Shown piece by piece: positions 30,068-44,478 of a DNA stretch of 64,000 nt. Source of the stretch: Chrysomallon squamiferum (lineage: Eukaryota > Animalia > Mollusca); contig CM022679.1 of NCBI GenBank assembly GCA_012295275.1, positions 14,260,001 to 14,324,000 on the forward strand, given 5' to 3'. The position numbers were made by a program, and so were the translations under genes. Position 1 is the stretch's first letter, and each line of letters starts with the position of its first letter. The notes beneath the pieces were generated by a model that saw only the letters and a program-made list of their open reading frames with translations, was not told the origin of the DNA and did not search any database.

Positions 30068-31668
30068 TAATGATCATCATGCCTGCAGATTATTGCAAAT
30101 GGTTTTTGGTAGATTTTTATGGATCATTTACTAATTAATATTTTACAGGTGTTAGAAATGTTTATAGGTAACTTACTATTTTGGGTTAGATCATTACTGG
30201 ATAATTTGCTATTTAATTACATGGTAATTATTTATCCCTGATCCACATAAACTTTTGAAAGATTTAAAAAGTCTGTTCATAACAATTTTTGGGGGGAGGT
30301 AAAAAAGAATTTGTATAATTAAAAAATAGTTAAAAAGTAAAGGATTGTACCTTATTAAAAACATGATATTTTAAATTTTATTATTAAATTTTTTATATCT
30401 GCAAAATAAAGGATATTTTTATTTATTTATTAATTAGTATTATTACTTTTAAACTTTCACTTGGTGTGATATTTTTACTTACTAAACAGAAAGCAATATA
30501 TTCACAGTTTGACAGATTATTCAGTACCTAAGGTTAATTAACACATCATCATAAGCGACTAATAATTAATTAAACTAAATGTCAGACAGACAGATGGATT
30601 GACAGAGAGACAGATAATTTATTAATACATCACTCACACACATACACATACCAATACACACACACATACTCTTATTTACTTACTCCATACATTTTACATT
30701 TTTCACATGCATGAACATCAAATTCCATATTGGCATAATGCTCATACAGACAGACAGACAGACAGACAGGCACATCATGGTTCTCCACAGTGTGAAATCC
30801 TACCCCTGTTTGTGTTTCTCATGAACAAGATATGTAATTGTGACGTCAAACACTGATTTTTAAGTCTGTAATACTGAGCAGGTTTGTACTGCAAGCATCC
30901 TTCCCAGATGGCCATGTTTGTTTTATGTTCTTGTACAGGGGAGAGGTATTTTCATGTGTTCATGATGCAACTGCAGGGTGTGTTCTCTATTGTAATGTCA
31001 CAGTGCAATGCCTCTTCGTATGTCAATATACATGTACTGTTAGATATCACAACGTATCTGTACATGTACTGTTAGATATCACTTTATATGTTAACGTGTA
31101 CTGTTATGTATCAGAATGTTTGTTTGCATGTATTATTGGATATAAGAATATGTGTATGTGTTGTTGTATACCAGTATGTATGTTTATTTTATGTATCAGA
31201 TGATATATATGTGCTGGTAAATACCATTGTAAATGTTTGAACTGTTAGATAGTAGTTTGTACTGTTGGATGTCAGTGTCAGTATTTTCAGTTTCAGAATA
31301 ATTGTTTAGTTTTGAGAAAGAAAAAAAGAGAGAGAGAGAGAGAGAATAACAAAGATGCATATGAAACTTTGTTATTCATTTATCAAAGACCATTGAAAAA
31401 TATATAATCAAGAAGCTCATTCTTAAACCTTGTTTTATCTGATGATAACAAGCAATTATTATACTATCATGTAAACAACAAAGGCCTTTGTTGTCTGTCT
31501 CACAATGTTATTTTGTTTATTATTATTATTTTTTCATTCATATGCTTCTGTTAAAACATAAATGTTATCTTCTTGTTTTTTGTTTTTTTGGTGTTTTTTT
31601 GCTTATTGTTGTTTCTGTAACTTTTGGTTTCATTTTCTTTTTGTGTTTATGTGTTAATTATTTTTCAG

Positions 31669-31745
31669 AGGTGAAATAACATCGAATGGTCCTGTAAATG
31701 GAGAAATACACCAGCAACCACGTGAAATACATGTCACTCGCTCAG
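31669..31745 (+). CDS. Coding exon following the PDZ domain
   Basis: tttttcag acceptor and CAG|gtaaac donor. Phase 2 to 1, joins the PDZ exon in frame: (R)GEITSNGPVNGEIHQQPREIHVTRS. Confidence 0.85.
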
Positions 31746-32196
31746 GTAAACTAGGCCAGATCAGCACATACCAATTACTTTTCTTTTTTAGAATTATTAA
31801 ACTTTTATTTTATTTTATTTTTTTTTTTCTGTTTCTGATTTTGGTTGTGTTTTGTTCTTTGTTTTTCTGAATAATCGGTTATAATCCTCAAATGCTTTTT
31901 TTTTTTTTAACAGAACAGTTTTTTATTATTATTATTTTAGTTGTCAGTTAACAAACAGATGAACAAATTATGACAGTATTTGTCATCATTTGAATATTTA
32001 TACAGAATAAGACAATGAATATATTTACAACAGATTCTGAAGAACAGGGTTTGAAGTAAAACATGATTTGTTACATCATATTAAGAATTTGTTCAGATGA
32101 AAATATCATATGATAATCATTTTTATTTATATTTTACATTACATAAACAGTGGAGCATTAATATGCTGTATCTTAAAACATTAAATTATTATTACA

Positions 32197-32254
<58 letters not shown>

Positions 32255-32426
32255 TTCTGTATTATTATTACTACACATACATGTTGGAATAATCAAATTA
32301 CTATCCCAAACACATTCTACAATTCTACTGTAACCTTCACATTCAGTTTCAAATTAACTTAGGTGACACATTTCTTCCCTGTTTGCATGAAGCCTAAAAT
32401 GACATGAAACCATCCCGTTATTTCAG

Positions 32427-33806
32427 GTGACCCAGATACAGCTGATATTTCACACCCTCAGACAAATATATTAAATACTGACCAGTGGTCAGACAAATAT
32501 GTAGACACAGTTAAAATTAATACAGACTCGTATGTACTTGAGAAAAAGACAAATTCAGACACAACTGTCGACAGTAGAGAGATCAATATTGACCATATAG
32601 ACATAAATACAGATGGTACAGACAAAAACCTTGATAATACAGACACCAGGTTTGACAATACAGATATAAATCCTGACAGTACAGAGAGAAAGCTTGACAA
32701 ATCAGACGTTGAGACTATCAAAATAAATCTTGAGAACACAGACAGAAAAACTGACAATACAGACTTTGATCTTGAGACTACAGACATAAATCTTGAGAAT
32801 ACAGACAGAAAAACTGAAAATAGAGACATTGATCTTGAGACTACAGACATAAATCCTGAGAATACAGACAGAAAAATTGACAATATAGCCAGCAGGTTTG
32901 ACATTACAGACATAAATTCAGAAAAGAGAGACACAAACCTTGACAGTAGAGACAATGACCATGCCATTATAGACATCATAGAAAACTATTCATCTTCTTC
33001 AGGACTTGACAGAGAAAGTGAGAAACTTGAAAACATGGAGAGAGGTGAAAAACTGAGGAATAACAACATGGACTATCATATTAGCGGAAGTGAAGAAATG
33101 AAATTTCACGATGAAAGATATAATTCAAATTTCGAAGAGAAGAATTTGAATCTTGATCTTGCTGTTGATGGTCAAGATGGTCGTTATGAAATTAACAAAG
33201 ATGACCATGAAAGAATGACCAACAACATCCCCAAAACTCAAAATCAGAAATCAAATTCAGATTTCTGCATTGATGAAAACAGAAATCTTGAATATGGAAA
33301 TATTTTTGATTCACATAATGGAGATAAAAACAGAGAATCAAATTTTGAAGATTCAAAACTGAACCTTAAGGTTGAATCAAACCATGACACTGATTTTGGA
33401 ACAAAACATCACATTGATGTTGGATCAAATTATGACATGAATGTTGGATCAAATTATGACATTAATGTTGGATCAAAACATGACATTCATTTTGAATCAG
33501 AGCACGACAGTTACAGTCGGTCAAAGCAAGACATTTATAATGAGCCAAATACTGACATTTATAACAGAGTAAATAATGACACTTATACTGGATCAATTAA
33601 GGACATTAATACTGAATCAAAGCAGAGCATTGACGACTCACTGACTGATTCATGTGGGACAGCAGACAAAGACAGGACATTTAGTAGTTCCACCAGTGTC
33701 GGGTTTGCTGGTAGACATGACCAGGACAGATTTATGGAAAATACAAGTTTCTCTGTTGACTTAAAACCATCTCAAAGAGTTGACATGGAGACAGAAACAG
33801 TAAATG
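32427..33806 (+). CDS. Giant 1380-nt symmetric exon, D/N/T-rich with 7-aa repeats
   Basis: tttcag acceptor and G|gtaaga donor. Open frame from GDPDTADISHPQ through the supplied ORF 33035-33859 to METETVN. Length divisible by 3, phase 1-1. Confidence 0.8.
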
Positions 33807-34271
33807 GTAAGATTATAGAATTTAAAAAAAAAAAACCCAGTAAACAAACTAAAATCTGAACTTTCCACATAAATTAAAATTTAAATTAAAAACAAAGAAA
33901 GAGTTTTGTTTTTGAGTTTAATATTGAAATATTAAACTGTTATTTTTTTAAACTGATAAGTTAAATACTATGATTTTTACTGAGTACTAGTCATCAGTTC
34001 TTCAGTATAGGTAAATAACTTTAAAATTTATCAGGACTAATTATTGTATGTAACTAAACCAGGTCTTAAAATTACTGTCTTATTTTCTGGAGTAACAGTT
34101 ATTTTTAAAGATAATGCTAATAAATAGAATTTTAAAAATAAAATATATTTACTTGATATCAGCAATTAAAATAAAATAAAATAAAATAACATAAAATAAA
34201 TTAATTAATTAATAAAAAAATAACTCACTTTGTTGAGAATTATGAATAAATTCCTAAATTAATTAAGAAAC

Positions 34272-34310
<39 letters not shown>

Positions 34311-35619
34311 TATATATTTTAAATATTAATAAATAAATAAAATATAATATATCAGTAAAAAAATGTCAAAGATTTATAAATACAGTTTTATTACTGTAAT
34401 TAATTTGTATGTAAGAATAAAACCTTTGTAAAGATATAAAGATTTCAACATATTATGTTTATATGGAAAGTTCAGCATCAAAAGTCCACTAATCCAGTAT
34501 ATCTCAGAATTACAAGTAATGGACTGCACCATAACACTGCATTGTCCTGATAAAACCTAACAAGACTATAGAGGACCATCATATATATTTTAAAAACCTT
34601 ATATGCAATATATCATATATTACATACATAACAATAATGTACTAAAGACATATATCACAGATGTAGAAAAAAAAAAACCCTATATAGTCTGATATAAATA
34701 ACAGATAGTTAGCATATAATTCTAATGTATATTATCTACATCTAACATGAAATAACAACTATGCATTGGACAAAAAAACAACAATATTTATTTACTATAA
34801 ATTATCTATACTGTCATCTTTATGTGAAAATTTATTAGTAATTAACTGAAAAATTCATGTATAGATCGATTTATACATATTTTATTGACCAAGAATAAAT
34901 TGGATATTTGACAAAATGTCTTGTTTGTTATAAGCTACCTTTATTTAACACTTTTATTATGTGAAATATCTTGTTTATTTCATTACAGGGAATGAAATTC
35001 TATTTTTTTGTAAATGTCAATGATTTGCATTTATTTAAATTATTATACTTTATTCTTTCATGACAATTTTATTTTTGTACAGCAATAATTTATATATATT
35101 TCAAAATATTTTAAAATAATTTAAATCTTTTTTCATTTTCTGTTTTTGATATAAAACTCTATTCTGATGTTATGTTTCATAAATTATATAACAATAATCA
35201 TAATATTATATCGTAATTTTCTTGAAGGCATGAATGATAAGCAGCATTTGTGCTTTATGTATACAGCATTATTTAGACACACACTTTATGTATGCTGCTT
35301 CAAAACTTTAAATAGAAGCATCTTATTTTCCAGGAAGCATGAAATTCTCTGTTAGAATGATTTAAATTAGATATGAATCAGATCAGCATTGCTTTCTGTG
35401 TGTCTGGCCCATCTACCACATTTAGAAATCTGTCTCAAACATCTGTTTCCACTTAAACAGAAATGTGCCATTTTAAATCTTGACATTATCTGAATGGAGA
35501 GTAAGTGTATAAAACCAGTTCTAGATACTGTATCAGAGTCTGGAGCTGCTGAATGGAGCATTTCTTCTCATTCCGTCAGTATTCTAAACACAGAAGAAAT
35601 GTGGTTTTATGAATACAGA

Positions 35620-35872
35620 ACAATGTGAAATGAATTTAGACATCTAAATAATGTGGTATCATGTGTATAAACATGTGAAATTATGAATTTAGACACTATC
35701 TAATTAAAGTGGAATTATGAATTGGGACATTATCAAATTAATGTGAAATTATGAATTTAGACATTATATAATTAATGTGAAATTGTGAGTCTACATATTA
35801 TCTAAACAATGTGGTATTAATGAATCTAGACATCATCTAAATGTGGTATTAATGAATGTAGACATTATCAAA
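35620..35872. repeat. Degenerate ~33-bp tandem repeat
   Basis: aatgtg(aa/gt)attatgaatttagacattatcta units. Confidence 0.75.
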
Positions 35873-36346
35873 ATCGAGAAGATGTGGCTAAATAGTTGTA
35901 GTTCTCATATCAATGTATGGAATTGCTGACTACAGTATCTGCTGCTAGCAAGACAATATCATTAATTCAGAACAGAAATAGTTGTATGAAAATTAGATAA
36001 AATTTATCTTTGATAATTATCAACACTAAACAAAATTCAGAAGAAAGGTGGTATTATGAATCTGGATAATATCTAAAGTCAAAAACAGCTTTGGCTGTGA
36101 CAAACATTGTTATTACACTATCAATTTCTAAGTTAAACATAAATATATATTTTTTGTTAAACATTTTTTAATAGTGACTAAGCTTTAATAACAACAATGA
36201 TTTTTAATTACTGAATAAGAGTATGAATGTTATTGACAAGAGATTCAGTGAACATATCAAATGAACTGAATAACTGGGAAGTTCAGTGATAAAAATAACA
36301 TGTTGCGGTTCACGATGTTTTAGTACGTGTGTGTGTGACTTTGCAG

Positions 36347-36439
36347 GTGTTGGAGTGAAGGGGTCATCGGTGGCTATGGACCCACGCCGTGACCACAGAC
36401 ATGCACCATCAACTACCTCTCAGCCTTGGTCTTCCTATG
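36347..36439 (+). CDS. 93-nt symmetric coding exon
   Basis: ttgcag acceptor and G|gtaaaa donor. GVGVKGSSVAMDPRRDHRHAPSTTSQPWSSY; GC-richer than the flanks; phase 1-1. Confidence 0.8.
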
Positions 36440-36631
36440 GTAAAACTCTTTTCTTCTCTGTGTCCCTCAGACACATAACCCAATCACCGTTATAATCATA
36501 ACTGCTTTTTTGAAATCAGGTGAACAAACCACAATTTCAAGAGAGTCTGTGATTACAGCAGAAGAATCAGTTGTTAAATCTGTTTCAGGTTTTCAAGTTG
36601 TGAGTGCATTTAGTGAATGTGCAGGTTAAGA

Positions 36632-36686
<55 letters not shown>

Positions 36687-37317
36687 ATTATGTATGAATG
36701 CTTATCTCCATCTGTGAGAGTAAAATTAATAACAGTATTATTTGGAATTTGGTGAGGCAAAAAGCAAAATAAAATCAAAGATTTTGAATGAAATTGCAAA
36801 GCATGGATTATTTTATTATTTGTCCTTTTTTAAATTCTTAAATTCATTTTGTTTCTTATTTTAATCAGAGCCTCACCCCCCCCACAGCTACTTTTATCAC
36901 CACCCCCAGCAAACAAACAAACAGGAAAAAAATCAACATTGGCTTACACTCTCATTTTTTTTTAAATTTAAATTCTTTATTTGAAATTTTGGTTTGTTCA
37001 GATTTCTGTTTTTGCATGAATTTATATCACTCTATATATATTTATTTAAAGCTTTTTAAGAATTATTCTGCTTTTGTTTGCGTTCGTTCACTTAATAAAT
37101 AAGTACGTCACAGTTTTGTTTTCAGTAACAAAACACAACACAGAAATAATAATAAGATATTTTACTGAAGGGAAAAAGTTTTATTTTTTTTTGATGGTTT
37201 ATAGCTGCTGATATTTTAGATTTTTTTTGAATTATTTAATTTATACTTCCTTTAATTTTATATTTTTGAAGTTAAGTTTCATACCTTCAGTTCACAGAAG
37301 AGTTTTGATTATTTCAG

Positions 37318-37437
37318 GGGAGACAATTGGCTCCTCTAAGTCATTCAAGCCAGTGTCTTTCAGCTCAAACAGAATACCAAGTACTCCCAACAGTTACACT
37401 GGCTCACCTGGGGTGGTTTCTCTAACTTCATCGAAAG
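37318..37437 (+). CDS. 120-nt symmetric coding exon
   Basis: atttcag acceptor (an in-frame alternative lies 27 nt upstream) and AAG|gtgaat donor. GETIGSSKSFKPVSFSSNRIPSTPNSYTGSPGVVSLTSSK; phase 1-1. Confidence 0.8.
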
Positions 37438-38419
37438 GTGAATATTCACTGCTTGGCCTTTTTTTGTGTTTTTATTTCTCTTATTTTTCTCTTATTTTAA
37501 TATATGTTTGATATTTTTTATTTGTTTTAAATGTCTGTATTTATTCAGTTATTTATTTTCTTTATTATTATTATTATTATTATTATTATTTTTATATTTT
37601 TTAAATTATTATTATTATTTTTAGTTTCTCCTTTTTATTGTTTGCTTTGGTTTGGTTTGTTTTTTTGATTTCTTTCTTTTTGTTTTTTATTTAATATTTC
37701 ATCTTGCATTTTATTATCCATAACTGAATCGAAAACTTCATCTTTTAAATCCTTTAGGATTGGTGGGAATTATTACAATTATATATATATATATATTTTT
37801 TTTCTTTATCTAAAAAAAAAAAAAAATTTGTTGATATTTCATTAATTTTTATTAAGTGGAGCATTTTATTTATAATTAAATTTTAATAAATCAACAAGAG
37901 AACAAAAATTGATTCTGGCAAATGTGTAATAATTATAAATAAGGTTATTTGCTTTGAGATTAAAAAACTTGGGATAGACCCAGACTGGAACACATAAATC
38001 AACAAAATTATCACTGCTAACAAAAGCTTTTGGGATGTGCTGTCCTGTTAGGAAATGTAAATGTAAATGCTGTCATGTTAGCTTTAATATTAGAACAGCT
38101 AGTTTGTAGAATGACTTGTTTGTGATCTCATTCACTAACAATATATATATATTTATTGAAAGTTGCTTTTCAGAATGTGAGGTATGAATGAACTTTATTT
38201 ATGTTAGATTTACAAATCAGAAATTTAGATGTGTTTATTATTTCAGATTTTATAAAGAATAATTCTGGATGTTTTAAAACCAGAATTGTTTATATATAAA
38301 CTTTTGAGTATTACACATGATCAATTTGTATTTATTACTGTTGCAATATATTATTGGGCTTATACTACTGACCTTTATATCTATCAATCTATTATCTATC
38401 TATCAACCTATCTATCTAC

Positions 38420-38463
<44 letters not shown>

Positions 38464-38468
38464 ATATA

Positions 38469-38500
<32 letters not shown>

Positions 38501-38636
38501 CGTACATATCTATATACTCACACACACATATGTAAAAACATTCTGCTTTCATGTATCTATTTGAACATACTGTTTATCAGTCGTGTTTTTGTAGTAAACT
38601 TGAAAGTGTTACTAATTGCGATGTGGTTTCTAGCAG

Positions 38637-38738
38637 GGTTTGGTCGGTCTGGGCAGCCAAGCCCTGTGTTTCAGTCCTCAGTGAGTATCCCAATGTCTCC
38701 CAAGTCCTCAGGCAGACACAGAGTCACCATTAGCTCAG
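38637..38738 (+). CDS. 102-nt symmetric coding exon
   Basis: actaat branch-like site, tagcag (NAGNAG) acceptor and CAG|gtacac donor. GFGRSGQPSPVFQSSVSIPMSPKSSGRHRVTISS; phase 1-1. Confidence 0.75.
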
Positions 38739-39871
38739 GTACACACCCACAGTTTGACATGATCCTTCATATGCACCGAAAACTGATTCCTTTTTATTTT
38801 CCATCTTTCTGTTATTTGAGATGTTCTTTGAAAATGAAAAACATGTTATCTTTGAATTTGAAACCAGAAATCCTTTTTGCTGTTGAGTTTGAAAATGAAA
38901 TCTGTTCAGTCTTTCCCTAACTAATATCTAAAATCTGAAAAAAAAAATCTTTCTTTGAAACTGAAATCTTTTGAGTTTGAAAGTTTAAGTTTCTTTATTT
39001 TATTTTGAACTTGAAACCTTCACTTTGAGTTTGAAACCTGCACACACTGAGTTTGAAATTGAAATCTTTTCTTTCAGTTGGAGAATGAAACTTTTTTGGT
39101 TTCAGTCTGAAATCTTTTTGAAAACTTTCTTCTTTTATTCCCTGCATCAAATCCAGCATACTTTTTTCATTTCCAGCAAACTGAAAAATGTGCATCATAT
39201 ATATTGTTTTTATATTCACTAATACATTCGTGTGTGTGTGTGTGTGTGTCTGTGCCTGTCTGTGAAAATCTTTATAAATATAAAAGTAAATATATATTTG
39301 TATGTCTGTATGTATGACTAAATGTGTATTTGTATGCCTGTGAATATATATGTTTGAATGTCATTAATTGCATGTGTGTGTGTGTGTGAGGGTATCTGAA
39401 TATATGAATAATGTTAGAAATAAAATCTATAAATAAATGTTTGTGTCTGTACATGTTGTCTTTTTTGGTGCATTTTGTCTTTTAATTTATATAATGTTAT
39501 AAGTACAGATATTTTTTATATGATTGAATGTCTGAGTATGTAACTGCTTAATATCATTCACTTTTCATATCTTTTCTTTTAAAAATATCCATAGTTTTTT
39601 TTTTACTTCACTGCAAAATCAACCTGTCATCCATTGTTACAGATCAAAGCTTTCTTTCTGTCTGTCTGTCTGTCCATGTCATCTCTCTGTCATGTTTACA
39701 TGGCTTTTAGTGCATTTGCCTGGTATGTCCTCTATCAATCCATATCTGTTATGACTTTTTAAATTTCAAATCATTTCACATTCATGGCTGGCTTGAAACA
39801 TGTTTTAATAAGCATTGATATAACATGTCACATCAAAGCACAGATTGCATTTAGTAGAAGGTGTTTACACA

Positions 39872-39920
<49 letters not shown>

Positions 39921-40946
39921 TTCAAAGCATATGTAATTTATTTATTTATGTCCTTGTTAAAAAAAATTAAAATACAGCTAAAAATAAAAAAATAAATATA
40001 TAAAACAGAAATAAAAAAAATTAAAATCAGTTTAATGATCTTATAATTGGTTAACATTAATATTTGATAAATATATTCAAAGATTCACAAAAAGTATTTT
40101 TCACCTTATTTTACTGACTACTAAGTTAACTGGAGTTTCAAATGTTGCAAAAACCATTGAAATTAATCATGTTAATTATATTAATGTTGTTTTAATTTTA
40201 TAAACAATAAATATTGTTGTTTTATGATATTATACATGATTTTTGAAAAAACTGCATTGACAATTCAAAATGTTTATTTCTCCAGTGCTTTCATTATTAC
40301 CTTTCCTAGTATATTTTTTATTTTTGTATATCTAAGAGCCCTCCATAAATGATTTATCAACAAAATAAATAATTTTATCTATAATTTTAAAAATAAGAGA
40401 AAACGTAAAAACAAATTATATATAAATATATTCTTTCTCTGAAGTAATAACAATAATTATATTAAAAGAAAAAATATTGTTTTTTATATTAATTTAGATT
40501 ATCAGTTAAAGAAATCTATTTTCTTCTACTTTTTTTTCAAAGTTTTAAAGATAAAAATAAGTTGATTAATAAGCAAATAAAAATAATAAAAAAAAAACCT
40601 AAAAATTTTAAAATGAAAATAAACTTCCTGGTTTTGGTTTTTTTTTTTTTTAAATCTAAACAAGCTGAATAACCAGAAATGACATTTAAAGTTTATAATA
40701 AATAAATAAATAAATAAATAAAAATGTGTTTTAAGGTGGGGTTTTTAAGAACATTCTGACTGGATAAAGATCAGTTTTTACATCATGGAAGGGAATATGC
40801 TGAGCTCATATAGGCTCTGTGGATGTAGGTTTTTTTAAAAAAGGAAATGTGAAGCCAGGTGCAGTTGTGCTACAGAAGTGCGTAAATGAGGCTTGAAAGT
40901 GAATGTCAGCTTTACTCATCTAGATGAGTTATTTCAGTTACGAGGC

Positions 40947-41120
40947 AATTACTCACAGACATATATATATCATAAAGTCATACTGATTTATACATACAGC
41001 AGTACATAGAATACACACATGCATACATACAATTACTCACATACATATATATATCATAAAGTCATACTGATTTATACATACAGCAGTACACAGATATACA
41101 CACATGCATACATACATACA
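40947..41120. repeat. ~83-bp tandem duplication
   Basis: caattactcaca.acatatatatatcataaagtcatactgatttatacatacagcagtaca at about 40947 and 41030. Confidence 0.85.
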
Positions 41121-41363
41121 AACATACATACAAACAGATTATATACATACACACATACATAAACATACAGGAATGCACAGAATTTACATATATGCACATA
41201 ATTATATACATACACACATATACATACCAATGCTCATCCATTCATACATACATACATACATTCATACATACATAGAGTAAAACATGCATACATACATCAC
41301 CCATCCATCTATGTACATATCCACTATCCATGCATCTGTTCATTTTTCCATCTATTCTTTTTG

Positions 41364-41424
<61 letters not shown>

Positions 41425-42407
41425 CACACACAGATTAATGCTGGATAGAATGAAGCAGAGTTATTCCACATTTAAAATTTCCAGTAAAATGGTAAAAAGC
41501 ACACCAATCCATCCAAAAGTTTAGTTCACTTTGAAATTTTTACTGGATGAAATATAATACCCTCTGCTCTAAAAGCATTGTATATAGTAAGCATTATATA
41601 TAGTTTGCATGGCAGAGCCATTTTTTTATTTTTTTTTTACTCCAAGTTTATGATCAGTTCTTAACTTGCATTTTGTTCTTTTTCTTTGTTAGTTTGCTGT
41701 TTGTTTATGCGTCATGTCATAACATAATAATTCATGATTTGCTATTCAGTACCACTGTATAATATATTGTTTTTCTGTTTTGTTTTCCTGTTTTGTTCTT
41801 GAATGTCCTTCAGGTTTGTTTTATAACACACACATATATCATTTTGTGTTCATTGCATGTGTGTATGATACATATGATTTGTGTTATATAATTACTTGTT
41901 GATCAGTGTGCATATGTATGTAAATCCATGATTAAAATGTATGTATTTCTTATACATGCTGTTTGTGAGTGTTTCTGTTGTATAAACCTAAATGTATTGC
42001 ATCTTCTTTTTCTAAAAATTATCTTTATTTAGGATTCATTTGTTGCTTTTTTTTCTTTTAAAAATCAAATAATTTCATGCTTATTTTGAGATAAAGCATA
42101 CAGTTAAAATTCTATTTTATGATTTTAGCCACAAAAATTATATATTTTTAAATAGCTGACTGTTATGCTCAATGAAAAAATGTGTTACTTAACAAAGTAT
42201 TAAAAAATTTCTGTTTGAAACCAGATACTAAGTTTATATTTTACATAAATATTACATTTTTAAATATTTTAGCAGATAACAATTTTTTTTTTTTTTCTTG
42301 ATCAAGTCATTGGTGTTTTAAAGATAATTTCCTATAATATTATTAGTAGGATGTGGTTTTTATTTCATGTGATATATTAAATGTTAGTATACGATATGTG
42401 ATACATT

Positions 42408-42449
<42 letters not shown>

Positions 42450-43501
42450 ATGAGCTTGAATGCAAAACTAAGTGCAGACTAAAATCTGTCCTATGTAGAG
42501 AATCTAAAACAGATAACCCTAACCCATTTTGTGTGTTAGCAGATCTGCCTGTAATAAATAACTTCTACAAGAAATCTACTCTTGGCATGAAAGCAGAGAA
42601 CCAATTCCTCTCTCCTTAACCCTCACCCAGAATCCCCTTCTTTGTCTCTGAAGTCTCAATTCTACTTCTGGTCAGATTCTAGTTATTGTTCACTTAAATG
42701 TACATAATGGGTAATAAATAATAATAAATAAAATTTAAATAAAAGTTAATAATAAAAAATTTCAATAATCATTTACTTGTGGATATTTTGAAAAGATAAA
42801 TATATAGATTAATTAAATATAAATAAATAAAATGAATAAAATAAAATAAACAGATTAAAAAGTAAATGAAAAAGTAAAATGTATAAATAATAATCCAACT
42901 TTTAAAAAGGTAACAATGAATGTTGTTAACTTGTACATTTTTTAATGATAATATAAGTGTTATTAGTTTGGTAAAAGTAAAAAAAAAAGCACACATATTT
43001 TCAAAACATATTAGTAATTAGCTATGGTAATTACTACAGGAAATATACCATGTTTTTATTACAGTATCATAACTGTACATATTGTTACTTCCTTAATTAT
43101 TATTTTTAAAAACTTAGTCCTTGAAAAAAATGAATAAGAAGGAGAGAGAAAACCCTGTATAACATAAAATACTCTCACTAAAATTTAAAAATCACATCAG
43201 TAGGTTAAACTTATTTTAAAACTTTTAATCTTAACATTTTAACTTCTAAAATCTTACATGGGTTAAAGATAAATGCTTTCACAAATATGTCTGTGTTTGT
43301 ATGTATATATGAATTTGTCTTTGTGTATATGTTTGTATGTATGTATGTATGTATGTATGTATGTATGTTTACTCATACACCAACATACACATACATACAC
43401 ATCTAAATTATAGAGCTAATTCAAACTCCTAATATCGTGTTTATCTCTAAAATTTGTAGTTCCCAGTATTATTATTAGTTTCTGTCATTAAAACTCTGAC
43501 T

Positions 43502-43689
43502 CTCAGTTAAATGTTACAGTTACACAGAGGTGTAGTGTTTGGTGAATACTCAGTTAAATGTTACAGTTACACAGAGGTGTAGTGTTTGGTGAATACTCAG
43601 TTAAATGTTACAGTTACACAGAGGTGTAGTGTTTGGTGAATACTCAGTTAAATGTTACAGTTACACAGAGGTGTAGTGTTTGGTGAATA
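43502..43689. repeat. Perfect 47-bp tandem repeat, 4 copies
   Basis: ctcagttaaatgttacagttacacagaggtgtagtgtttggtgaata repeated four times head-to-tail with no spacers. Confidence 0.96.
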
Positions 43690-44208
43690 CATCTCAGTCT
43701 GTATCTTGCTTACTGTGTTTGAAATGAATGTTAAAGCATGATGAGATGTCATTTCTGTAAAGAAATATATATAAAAATAATAATAATTAAGAAAAGAAAA
43801 AGAATGAAGTAAATCTTCAAAATTTATAAATAAATTAATTAGATTTTAAATTTACGAAATTAAAAAAAAAAAAAAAATAATAGAATTCCCTTAGTAACTC
43901 AAACCCTAACCCAATCCAATCCTCAAGGAAACAAATAAAAAAATATAAAAAAAAATAAAATTAATAAAATTACATAAATTCCAAAAGAATCAATACAGTA
44001 TAAAAACAAAATAATAAATAAATAAATAAATAAATGTCAATAAAATAAAATATAAATATAAATAAAATAAATAATAAAACTACCGTAACAAAAAGAAAGA
44101 TATTGACAAGAATCCCTTGTGTTGCTGATGTGTGTTATGACTGTTAACCCAGTACAGTAAATGTTTTATTTTGCTTCTAAAAACTGAAATATTGAAAATT
44201 ATTATCAG

Positions 44209-44478
44209 AGCCAGCTCCAAGTAGACATGACCGCCAAGGTGAGACTGTCCACTCTAAGTGGTCATCTGCAGGTGCACCAGTCCCCAAAACCTTGACCGGC
44301 ACCGGGCGTAGCATGCCCACTTCTTCGACGCCCACCTCTGCATTTAGTGTGCCCACTTCTTGGCCCAAACGGGAGCACATGACTTCCAGGCCTGTCACCA
44401 AGGAAACACGGTCGAAAGGGCTGGATCTGTTCTTGCGACAACAGGACAAATTAATTAAGCTTGGTGCTGATGTGAAAG
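44209..44478 (+). CDS. 270-nt symmetric coding exon
   Basis: attatcag acceptor and AAG|gtagaa donor. EPAPSRHDRQGETVHSKW...RSKGLDLFLRQQDKLIKLGADVK; GC-rich island in an AT-rich intron; phase 1-1. Confidence 0.8.

Noticed and set aside
32458-32979. Minus-strand 173-aa hydrophobic ORF
   Set aside because: Antisense shadow of the plus-strand repetitive exon.
42515-42526. Telomere-like (CCCTAA) fragments, also near 26065 and 43903
   Set aside because: Only one or two units each; consistent with chance.
43502-43689. CRISPR-like array
   Set aside because: Units are head-to-tail with no unique spacers, there are no cas genes, and the context is a eukaryotic intron.
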